From: Candidatus Methylomirabilia bacterium
GTDB taxonomy: Bacteria; Methylomirabilota; Methylomirabilia; Rokubacteriales; CSP1-6
Assembly (NCBI GenBank): GCA_041497895.1
Contig: JBGQHJ010000033.1
Location: forward strand, 1 to 36,232
Reading direction: 5' to 3'
Length of the DNA: 36,232 bases
A model generated the notes under the pieces. That model saw only the letters and a list, made by a program, of their open reading frames with translations. It made no database searches and had not been told where the DNA came from. This document shows positions 17,813-24,691 of the stretch, piece after piece (position 1 is the first letter of the stretch; each line of letters begins with the position of its first letter). The position numbers were made by a program, and so were the translations under genes.

Positions 17813-18400
17813 ATGGCGCGCCAGGCCCGAAGCCGCCCAGAGGCCCGCGGGGCGATGACTCTCCCTGATCTGGAAGACGGGTTCGCCCACGTGTCGGCGG
17901 AGGCGACCCGGCACCGGGACCAGCGTCTCGGAATCCTCGCCTGCCGGGAGGCGCTGGAGGCGGCGAGGGAAGGCAACTACGGCGTGGGGGCCGTGCTCGT
18001 CGACCCGGGCGGCCGGATCGTCGCGCAAGGGCGGAACTCGGTGTTCTTCCCGCGGTTTCGCAGCGACCTCCACGCCGAGATGGTGGTGCTGAACGCGTTC
18101 GAGGAGCGGCACCCGCGATCCAAGCACATGCGCGGGTACACGCTCGTGTGCTCCCTCGAGCCCTGTCCCATGTGTCTCGCGAGACTCCTCGTGGCCGGGG
18201 TTCAGACCGTGAAGTTCCTGGCGCGCGACGACCTTGCCGGGATGGTCGGCCTCAGAAAGAGCTTCCCGGCGGCCTGGCGGAGATTGTGGCGGCGGCAGGA
18301 GTTCGTGCGGGCCGACGTCTCCCCAGGGCTGAGGCGAATCGCTCTCGATGTGTTCCTTCTCAATCTCGAGGCGTGCCGACGGCGGTTGCTGTCCCGCTGA
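17813..18400 (+). CDS. Zn-dependent nucleoside/nucleotide deaminase (CDA/TadA superfamily)
   Basis: GNYGVGAVLV, HAEM, SLEPCPMC; start may be 17855 instead. Confidence 0.85.
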   Translation: MARQARSRPEARGAMTLPDLEDGFAHVSAEATRHRDQRLGILACREALEAAREGNYGVGAVLVDPGGRIVAQGRNSVFFPRFRSDLHAEMVVLNAFEERHPRSKHMRGYTLVCSLEPCPMCLARLLVAGVQTVKFLARDDLAGMVGLRKSFPAAWRRLWRRQEFVRADVSPGLRRIALDVFLLNLEACRRRLLSR

Positions 18401-19259
18401 TCCTCGCCAGCAGCGCCTCCGCGAAGCGGCGGGCCGCGGCCGGCGGCGCGTGCGTGAAGAAGAGGCTGGGCTCGTTGACCTCGACCTCCATGATGAGGGC
18501 GCCGCCCGGCGTGTCGACCGCGTCGATTCGCGCGTAGAGCGGCGCCTCCGGCAGGGCGGCCAGCGCGGCGCCCGCGGCCCGGACGGCGGCGGGCGGCGCC
18601 GGCTCGGCCCGGACCGTGCCGCCCAGGTGGGACTGCACCAGGAAATCTCCAGCGGCCGGCATCTTTAGCACGCTATGCGTCAGGCTTCCCTCGATGAAGA
18701 TGAGGGACCATTCGCCACGGGTCCGGACCTCTTCCACGAAGGGCTGCACGAGCACCGGCCGGCGGATGGCCCCGGCCGCGATCGCGGCCGCCGTCTCCGC
18801 GAGCGTGTCCTCGGTCACGAGCCGGGTGTCGTGAGCCGAGGCTCCGATCTCCGGCTTGAGGACGCACGCCCGCCAGCCGTGGTCGCGCATGATCGCCTCG
18901 AGCCCCGCCCGCGTCTCGTCCTCCAGGCCGGCGGTGGCGACGACGGGCACGCCGGCCGCCTGCAGGGCCATCAGGTAGCGCTTGCTCACGTTCCAGCGGA
19001 CGAGGGCGGGTGGGTTGAAGACCCGCGCTCCGGCCCGCTCGAGTCGATCGAGCCAGGCCAGGAAGGCCGGCGGGTCGAAGTGATAGTCCCAGTTCGACCG
19101 GAGGACCACCGCGTCGAACCCCTCGAAGCCGGCCGACGGCTCGTTCCAGGCGCGTCCCTCCACGCGGGTACCGCGCTCTTCGAGGGCCCGCGCGACCAGG
19201 CGGTCGCTCTCCGAGATCTCGGGCCAGCGCCGGCAGGTGACGAAGCAGACGTGGGTCAC
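18360..19259 (-). CDS. ATP-grasp protein (RimK/glutathione-synthetase-like ligase)
   Basis: LRSNWDY, FNP..WNVSKRYL, VLKP, LVQPF, GEWSLIF, YARID, MEVEVNEPSL; GTGA overlap with the SBP stop. Confidence 0.85.
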   Translation of the reverse strand: MTHVCFVTCRRWPEISESDRLVARALEERGTRVEGRAWNEPSAGFEGFDAVVLRSNWDYHFDPPAFLAWLDRLERAGARVFNPPALVRWNVSKRYLMALQAAGVPVVATAGLEDETRAGLEAIMRDHGWRACVLKPEIGASAHDTRLVTEDTLAETAAAIAAGAIRRPVLVQPFVEEVRTRGEWSLIFIEGSLTHSVLKMPAAGDFLVQSHLGGTVRAEPAPPAAVRAAGAALAALPEAPLYARIDAVDTPGGALIMEVEVNEPSLFFTHAPPAAARRFAEALLARISGTATAVGTPRD

Positions 19260-20137
19260 CGGCAGCCGAGCCCCACGCGGAGGTTGGCCAGGTTGCCCTG
19301 CATCAGCTCGACGTAGCCCGTGCCCGCGGCCGCCTGCTCCCGGCTGACGCCCTCGATGGGGTCGAGGGGCAGGGTCGTCGCCCCGATCTCGCGGGCGAGG
19401 GTCTGGGCGAGGCGCGGGCTCATGAGGGGCTCGAAGAAGACGTGCGTGACCTTGAGCCGCCGCGCGGTCTGCACGATCGCCCCCAGATCGGCGGGGCTCG
19501 GCTCGGCCTCGGGCGCCAGGCCCATGATCGACACCTGGGTGAGCCCGTAGCGCCGCACGAGGTAGGCGAACGCGGCGTGCGAGGTCACGAGCTCGCGACG
19601 CGCGCAGTCGCGCAGGCCGGCCGCGAAGGCCTGGTCGAGCGCGTCGAGCCGGGCCGCGAAGGCGGCCGCGTTCTCGAGGTAGACGGGACCGCCCGCGGGA
19701 TCGGCCTGCGCGAGCCCGCTCGCGATCGTCTGGACCTGCGTGCGCGCAAGCGTCGGGTCGAGCCACACGTGGGGATCGACGCTTCCGCCCTGCCGGAGCA
19801 GGCCGAGGCCGATCGAGGCGTCGATCACCCGGATGCGGCCCGGCAGGCCCGTCAGCAGTCGGGCGGCCCACGCGTCGAGCCCGGTTCCCGAGTGGATGAA
19901 CACGGTCGCCCGCTGCACCAGCGTCGCGTCGCGCGCCGACGGCTCCCAGTCGTGGGGCTCGACGCCGGGCGGCACCAGCGAGACGACCTCGGCGCGGTCG
20001 CCCGCCACCGGGCGCGCGAGCTCCCAGAGCGGGTAGACGGTGACGACCACCACCGGCCTGGTCGGCGCGGGCGTGCCCTGGCAGCCGGCCAGGGTCAGGA
20101 TCGCCGCGAGGGCGATCGGGGGGAGACGGCCGCTCAC
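19256..20137 (-). CDS. znuA: Zn/Mn ABC substrate-binding lipoprotein (cluster A-I)
   Basis: Lipobox LAGC; EPHDWEP, DPHVWLDP, SHAAFAY, FFE, LDPIEG. Confidence 0.9.
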   Translation of the reverse strand: MSGRLPPIALAAILTLAGCQGTPAPTRPVVVVTVYPLWELARPVAGDRAEVVSLVPPGVEPHDWEPSARDATLVQRATVFIHSGTGLDAWAARLLTGLPGRIRVIDASIGLGLLRQGGSVDPHVWLDPTLARTQVQTIASGLAQADPAGGPVYLENAAAFAARLDALDQAFAAGLRDCARRELVTSHAAFAYLVRRYGLTQVSIMGLAPEAEPSPADLGAIVQTARRLKVTHVFFEPLMSPRLAQTLAREIGATTLPLDPIEGVSREQAAAGTGYVELMQGNLANLRVGLGCR

Positions 20138-21000
20138 GCCCGGCCGCGCCCGGAGCCGGCGAGCGCGTCTGCGCCGAGCGGCCGGGGCCGCAGACGCAGC
20201 AGGAGCCCGAGCGCGAGCAGGCAGACGCCGAAGGCACAGACGATGGTGGCGCCGGTGGGCAGGTCGAGCACCGCGGAGGCGATCATGGCCACCACGCTGA
20301 CGCCGGCCCCGAAGGCCCAGCCCACCGCGAGGCGCGGGCCGATGCGGGAGGCCAGCAGGATGCCGGCCAGCGTCGGGACGATCAGGTACGAGAAGACGAG
20401 CAGCACGCCTCCGATGCGCACCGACGAGGTGACGACCACTCCGAACGACGCGTAGAAGGCGAAGTCCCAGGCGCGCACGCGCCAGCCCTCGCGGTAGGCC
20501 CGGTCCGGGTCGGTCGAGATCAGGAAGAAGGGCCGGCGGCAGAGCCAGTGGAAGAGGCCGACCAGGGCGTAGAGAACCGCGACCTTCAGTACCTCATCGC
20601 CCCGCACGCTCAGGATGCTGCCCACCAGCATGCCGCGCAGGTGCTCGGCCCCGTGGGGCGAGCGGTCGGCCAGCAGCACCGCGCCCGCGGAGGAGACCGC
20701 GTAGACCACCCCGATCACCGCCTCGTGCGAGACCAGCCGCGTGCGCGAGCGCGTGAGCGCGAGCACGAGGGCGCCGAGCACGGTGAAGCCGAGGCCGGTC
20801 GCGTACGACTCCCACGTCTCGAGCTCGTAGCCGACCAGGAACGCGGCGGTGGCGCCGAGCGCCGCGATCTGGGCGAGCGCGATGTCGACGAACACCACCT
20901 CGCGGGCGATGACGTGGAAGCCCAGGTAGGCGTGGATGCCGGTGAGGACCAGGCACATGAGGAACGGGAACCACATCAGGGCCAGCAGGTCGGAGCTCAT
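20134..21000 (-). CDS. Metal ABC transporter permease (ABC-3), second type
   Basis: HAYLGFHVIAREVVFVDIALAQ, EAVIG, LVGSIL, GVLLVFSYLIVP, DLPTG. Confidence 0.88.
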   Translation of the reverse strand: MSSDLLALMWFPFLMCLVLTGIHAYLGFHVIAREVVFVDIALAQIAALGATAAFLVGYELETWESYATGLGFTVLGALVLALTRSRTRLVSHEAVIGVVYAVSSAGAVLLADRSPHGAEHLRGMLVGSILSVRGDEVLKVAVLYALVGLFHWLCRRPFFLISTDPDRAYREGWRVRAWDFAFYASFGVVVTSSVRIGGVLLVFSYLIVPTLAGILLASRIGPRLAVGWAFGAGVSVVAMIASAVLDLPTGATIVCAFGVCLLALGLLLRLRPRPLGADALAGSGRGRA

Positions 21001-21033
21001 CTCGTCGTCACCGTCCCCTCCGCGGCAGGCGCG

Positions 21034-21972
21034 TCACCTGAGGGCCTGCGCGATGCTTCGAACATTGTAGTCGATGGTCTCGAGGTAGCCGTCGGCGCCC
21101 TTGACCGAGCCGACCGCGGGGGCGAGCGGGACCACCTTCGCGCCCGCCTCCTGGGCCACCCGCTCCGCCAGCTTCTGATCGGTCCACGGGACCGAGACGA
21201 TGACCTTGACCTTCTGGTCCTTCATCAGCGCGATGAGGCGCGTGAGGTGCGAGGGCGTCGGGGGGATGCCGGGGCGCTCCTCGACCGAGCCCGCCTCGAC
21301 GAGGCCGAAGCGGGTGAGGAAGTAGATCCACATGTTGTGGTCGACCACCACCTTCGCGCCCTTGAACGGCGCCATCTCCGCGGTCCACCGCGCGAGGGCC
21401 TGGTCGACGCGTGCCAGGAAGGCCTGCCGGTTGCGCTCGAAGACGGGTCGCGACTGGGGCGCGACCCGGGCGAGCCCCTCGACGATGTTGGCGGTGACCC
21501 CGGCGGCCATGCCGGGATCGATGGAGTAGTGGGGATTGCCGACCGGGTGCACGTCGCCCATCGAGCGGTCGACCCTGGCCTGCGGCACCTCGAGGACGAG
21601 GAGGCCGGCGGAGGCGTCGATCCGGCCGGGCGCGCCCGGGCCCACCCGCGAGTTGCCGGCCCCCTGCACGACCACTTCCGCCCACTGATCGAGCTCGAGC
21701 CCGTTCATGACGAGCAGGTCCGCCCGGCGGACCTTGACCATGAGGCTCGGCCGGACCTCGAGGTCGTGCGGGTTCTGGGTGCCGCGGGCGAGCGCGTCGA
21801 CGTCCACGAGGTCGCCGCCGACCGCCTCGACGAGGGCCTTGAGGTCGGTCGTGGTCGCCACCACCGGGATCTTGGACGCGGCCTCCCCGGGGCCGGCTCC
21901 AGACCCGGCCACGAGCCCGGCCACAATGAGGATGAGCGGGCTCAGCGTGCGAGAGAGCGTACGCGTGGTCAT
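21034..21972 (-). CDS. Metal ABC substrate-binding protein (cluster A-I, non-lipoprotein)
   Basis: Signal peptide; VVATTTDL, NPHD, NGLELD, GDVHPVGNPHY, EERPGIPPTPSH; GAGGAG RBS. Confidence 0.9.
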   Translation of the reverse strand: MTTRTLSRTLSPLILIVAGLVAGSGAGPGEAASKIPVVATTTDLKALVEAVGGDLVDVDALARGTQNPHDLEVRPSLMVKVRRADLLVMNGLELDQWAEVVVQGAGNSRVGPGAPGRIDASAGLLVLEVPQARVDRSMGDVHPVGNPHYSIDPGMAAGVTANIVEGLARVAPQSRPVFERNRQAFLARVDQALARWTAEMAPFKGAKVVVDHNMWIYFLTRFGLVEAGSVEERPGIPPTPSHLTRLIALMKDQKVKVIVSVPWTDQKLAERVAQEAGAKVVPLAPAVGSVKGADGYLETIDYNVRSIAQALR

Positions 21973-21988
21973 GATGATCTCCTCGTGC

Positions 21989-23410
21989 CTAGAACGGATG
22001 CGCCGGATGGGCGCCCATGATGAACGTCGCCTGGAAGAGGATCTCGTCCACCTTCCGGGCGCTCGATTCGTTGTCGGTGAAGCCGTCGCGGGTGGCCCGC
22101 TCGGTGTACTTGTAGCCGAGCCGGAAGCGGAGGAACTCGGACGGCATGAAGGCGATGTACGGGCCCACCGCCCACTCGCGCCCGCGCATGACCGGGTACT
22201 GCGTCCAGTCGTAGCGGAAGCCGGCGGCCCAGCGGGCGAGCTGGCCGGTGCGGAAGGGCTGCACCTCGCCGCCCACGTACCAGCCCCAGCGGTTGCGGGT
22301 ACGGGTCTGGTCCGGGGTGTCCTGGATGCCGTCGCCGTTGGTGTCCTCGCCGAGCACGTTGACGCGCCGGTTCTGGTAGATCATCTCGCCCAGCAGCGTG
22401 AGCAGCGGGTGCTGCCAGCTCTCCGGGCGGTACTTGTACTTGGCGTCGAAGCCCAGCAGCGTGTTGCGGTGGCGCTCGGGGGTCAGGCCGTTGGCCACCG
22501 AGGCCCCGAGCTGGATCGCGCTCTCGTCGCCCAGCTCGAAGAACGTGCGCAGGCGCCCCGTCACGAGCGGGGCGGTGAGCTTGCCGCGACCGAAGGCGGT
22601 CTCGTTGTCGCCGTTGAAGGTGCCGACCAGCGCTTCCAGGAAGAAGGGCAGGGGCGCGACCCACGTGAGCTCGGCTCCGCGCTCGACGAGACCCTCCTCG
22701 CCCAGGAAGCGCGCCAGCACGTTGGGCGCGTCGATGAACGGTCGGTCGTGCTCGTGCACCGGGTTGAGCAGGCCGAAGCGGTTGCGCATCTGGCCCATCT
22801 TGAGCTGCGTCCCGAAGGGCAGCGCCATCAGGGTGAGGTTGGCCTCGGCCAGGTGGAGCGCGATCGCGCCCGTGTCCTCCTCCCCGGCCTCCACGCGCAC
22901 CTCCGCCCGCGCGTAGGGATCGACCTGGCCGAACAGCGACAGCTCGACCTCGCGGGGGAAGAAGCGGTTCTCCCGCCCCGGGAACGATCCCGCGTTGGCC
23001 TTGTCGACATTGCTCTGGGTGAGGTTGCCGATGAAGTCGCCGGTGACGCCCATGTCGAAGAGGAGCTGGCCGGGTCCGCGCTGGGTGTAGAGGGAGAAGG
23101 GCTCGCGCGGGCGGGCCAGCTCACCCGCGGAGAGCCCGACCGGGGCAGCGGCGGGCGCGGGGGCCTGGGCCACCGCGGCGGGCGGGGCGGTGCCCGGTGG
23201 CGGCGCGGCGGCGGGCTGGGGGCGGCTCTCGAGCTGCTGGATCCGCTCGCCCAGCCGGTTGATCGCCTTCTCGTAACCCTCCTTCATCGTGTCGAACTGC
23301 TTCCGCATCTCCTCCAGCTCCTTCCGCAGGGCCTCGACGTCCTGCGCCGCGGCGGGCAGGGGCACGAGCATGCCGGTGAGGAGCAGGCCGATGCCGACGA
23401 GTGATCGCAT
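21989..23410 (-). CDS. Outer-membrane beta-barrel protein, putative Zn/metal uptake porin or receptor
   Basis: Signal peptide, N-terminal coiled coil and Pro/Ala linker, alternating beta-strands, REVEL..VDPY, FGLLNPVHEHDRPF, C-terminal GAHPAHPF ending in Phe. Confidence 0.82.
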   Translation of the reverse strand: MRSLVGIGLLLTGMLVPLPAAAQDVEALRKELEEMRKQFDTMKEGYEKAINRLGERIQQLESRPQPAAAPPPGTAPPAAVAQAPAPAAAPVGLSAGELARPREPFSLYTQRGPGQLLFDMGVTGDFIGNLTQSNVDKANAGSFPGRENRFFPREVELSLFGQVDPYARAEVRVEAGEEDTGAIALHLAEANLTLMALPFGTQLKMGQMRNRFGLLNPVHEHDRPFIDAPNVLARFLGEEGLVERGAELTWVAPLPFFLEALVGTFNGDNETAFGRGKLTAPLVTGRLRTFFELGDESAIQLGASVANGLTPERHRNTLLGFDAKYKYRPESWQHPLLTLLGEMIYQNRRVNVLGEDTNGDGIQDTPDQTRTRNRWGWYVGGEVQPFRTGQLARWAAGFRYDWTQYPVMRGREWAVGPYIAFMPSEFLRFRLGYKYTERATRDGFTDNESSARKVDEILFQATFIMGAHPAHPF

Positions 23411-23415
23411 GGATG

Positions 23416-23495
23416 CCTCCCTCTCGAGGGAACGTTGGGATCGCTCCGCGCGCTACGGACCCGGCGGGCGGAGACTACGGCGAGAGCGTGGGAGG
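23416..23495 (-). promoter_or_regulatory. Predicted SD-sequestering stem between the RAPP leader ORF and the porin gene
   Basis: Minus-strand CCTCC-CACG-CTCTCG (23495-23481), starting 1 nt after the leader stop, is complementary to CGAGAG-GGAGG (23426-23416), which contains the porin RBS. Confidence 0.6.
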
Positions 23496-23496
23496 A

Positions 23497-23808
23497 CTAG
23501 GCGGGGCGGGGTGGCGCGCGCGAATCGGCGAGGCTGGCGACGGGATCGGCGTGGCGCTCGGCGGGGCCCGTGAGGCACGGGGCGACGACGAGCGCGACGA
23601 AGTCGGTCGGTGGGCCGTCCGGCAGGGAGACGTCGCCGCCACGGAACTCCAGGTTCGCCAGGACGTGCTCCTCGTTGTAGAGGCCGGCGCTGGTCGCCTG
23701 GTGGAGGTGGCGGGCCTGCCCCGCCTTGAGCGGCAGCGCGATGGCCACCAGCGAGAGCAGCACCGCGATGGCGGCGATGCGCAGGGGGCCGGACGAGGCA
23801 CGTCGCAT
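23497..23808 (-). CDS. Small secreted His-containing leader protein with C-terminal RAPP motif (putative arrest-peptide attenuator)
   Basis: MRRASSGPLRIAAIAVLLSLVAIALPLKA (signal) - RHLH - GLYNEEH - Pro-rich linker - ADSRAPPRPA*; ATG 6 nt after TACACT. Confidence 0.78.
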   Translation of the reverse strand: MRRASSGPLRIAAIAVLLSLVAIALPLKAGQARHLHQATSAGLYNEEHVLANLEFRGGDVSLPDGPPTDFVALVVAPCLTGPAERHADPVASLADSRAPPRPA

Positions 23809-23881
23809 GGCTGGAGTGTAGTAAGCCACGGATCGCCCCCGCCTGGCAAGAATCGCCGACCCGGGGGGCGGAGCCGGGGCG

Positions 23882-24313
23882 CTACTTCACGAGCGGGAAG
23901 CGGCGGCGGATCCAGCCGTCGTGGCCCTCCTGCAGCACGACCTGGTTCAGGTAGCCGCGCGTCTCGAGAAAGGCGTAGGCGGTGGCCGCCTCCTCGACCG
24001 AGCAGCGGCAGTAGAGCACCACCATGGGCGTGGTGGGGATCTCGCCGAAGCGGCGATCCAGCTCGGCCATCGGCACCGAGCGCGCCCCCGGCGGGTGACC
24101 GGCCGCGTACTCGGCCGCCGGGCGGAGGTCGATCACCACCACCGGCTGGCCCGAGTCGATCAGCCACTTGAGGTAGTCGGGCTCGGTGAAGGCCACGCTC
24201 GGCGCGCCGCCGTGCGCCGCCTGGGCGACGGGAGCGAGCGCCAGCCCCGCCGCGAGGGCGAGGACGAGGCAGATCCAGACCTCCGGCGGACAACCGCAAT
24301 GGCCCCGTTTCAC
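23882..24313 (-). CDS. Exported rhodanese-like domain protein
   Basis: VIDLR..EYAAGHPPGA, VVLYCRC, LQEGHDGW; GTGA overlap with the cusF stop. Confidence 0.83.
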   Translation of the reverse strand: MKRGHCGCPPEVWICLVLALAAGLALAPVAQAAHGGAPSVAFTEPDYLKWLIDSGQPVVVIDLRPAAEYAAGHPPGARSVPMAELDRRFGEIPTTPMVVLYCRCSVEEAATAYAFLETRGYLNQVVLQEGHDGWIRRRFPLVK

Positions 24314-24684
24314 GGGGCCAGCTTTGCGAGCGCGGTGATCTCCACGTTCGGCGGCACCCCGCTGAGCGTGAAGCGGACCGTGTCGCCGATGTCGAGCCCC
24401 TCGTACAGCTTGGGATCGTGGACGCGGAAGCCCATGGTCATCGACCCCATGAAGCCGACCAGGTCCTCGTGGGTGAGCACCACCACGTTCAGCTCGGGCA
24501 GCACCGCGCGCACCACGCCGCGCGCCTGCCAGGTGCGCTCGACGCCCGCCACCACCTGCCGGCCGCGCGCGCGCTCGAGCTCTCCGGCCAGGCGCGTGGC
24601 CTCGCGGCCCCACGCCAGGTAGCCCAGCATGAGCCCGACGCCGAGGGCCAGATTGACGAGCACCACGACCCGCCACAATCGCAT
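24310..24684 (-). CDS. cusF: CusF-like periplasmic copper-binding protein with N-terminal membrane anchor
   Basis: ARGVVRAV, LTHEDLVGFMGSMTMGF (H..M.M), LDIGDTVRF. Confidence 0.82.
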   Translation of the reverse strand: MRLWRVVVLVNLALGVGLMLGYLAWGREATRLAGELERARGRQVVAGVERTWQARGVVRAVLPELNVVVLTHEDLVGFMGSMTMGFRVHDPKLYEGLDIGDTVRFTLSGVPPNVEITALAKLAP

Positions 24685-24691
24685 CGCGGCC

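Noticed and set aside
17813..18400. Deaminase as an anti-phage or toxin gene, or as tadA
   Set aside because: No kinase or defence partner and no secretion or immunity context. TadA-specific C-terminal motifs are not evident, so only a superfamily call is made.
18360..19259. ATP-grasp as a graspetide (RiPP) maturase
   Set aside because: No adjacent precursor with repeated core motifs. The sequence resembles stand-alone RimK/GshB-like proteins.
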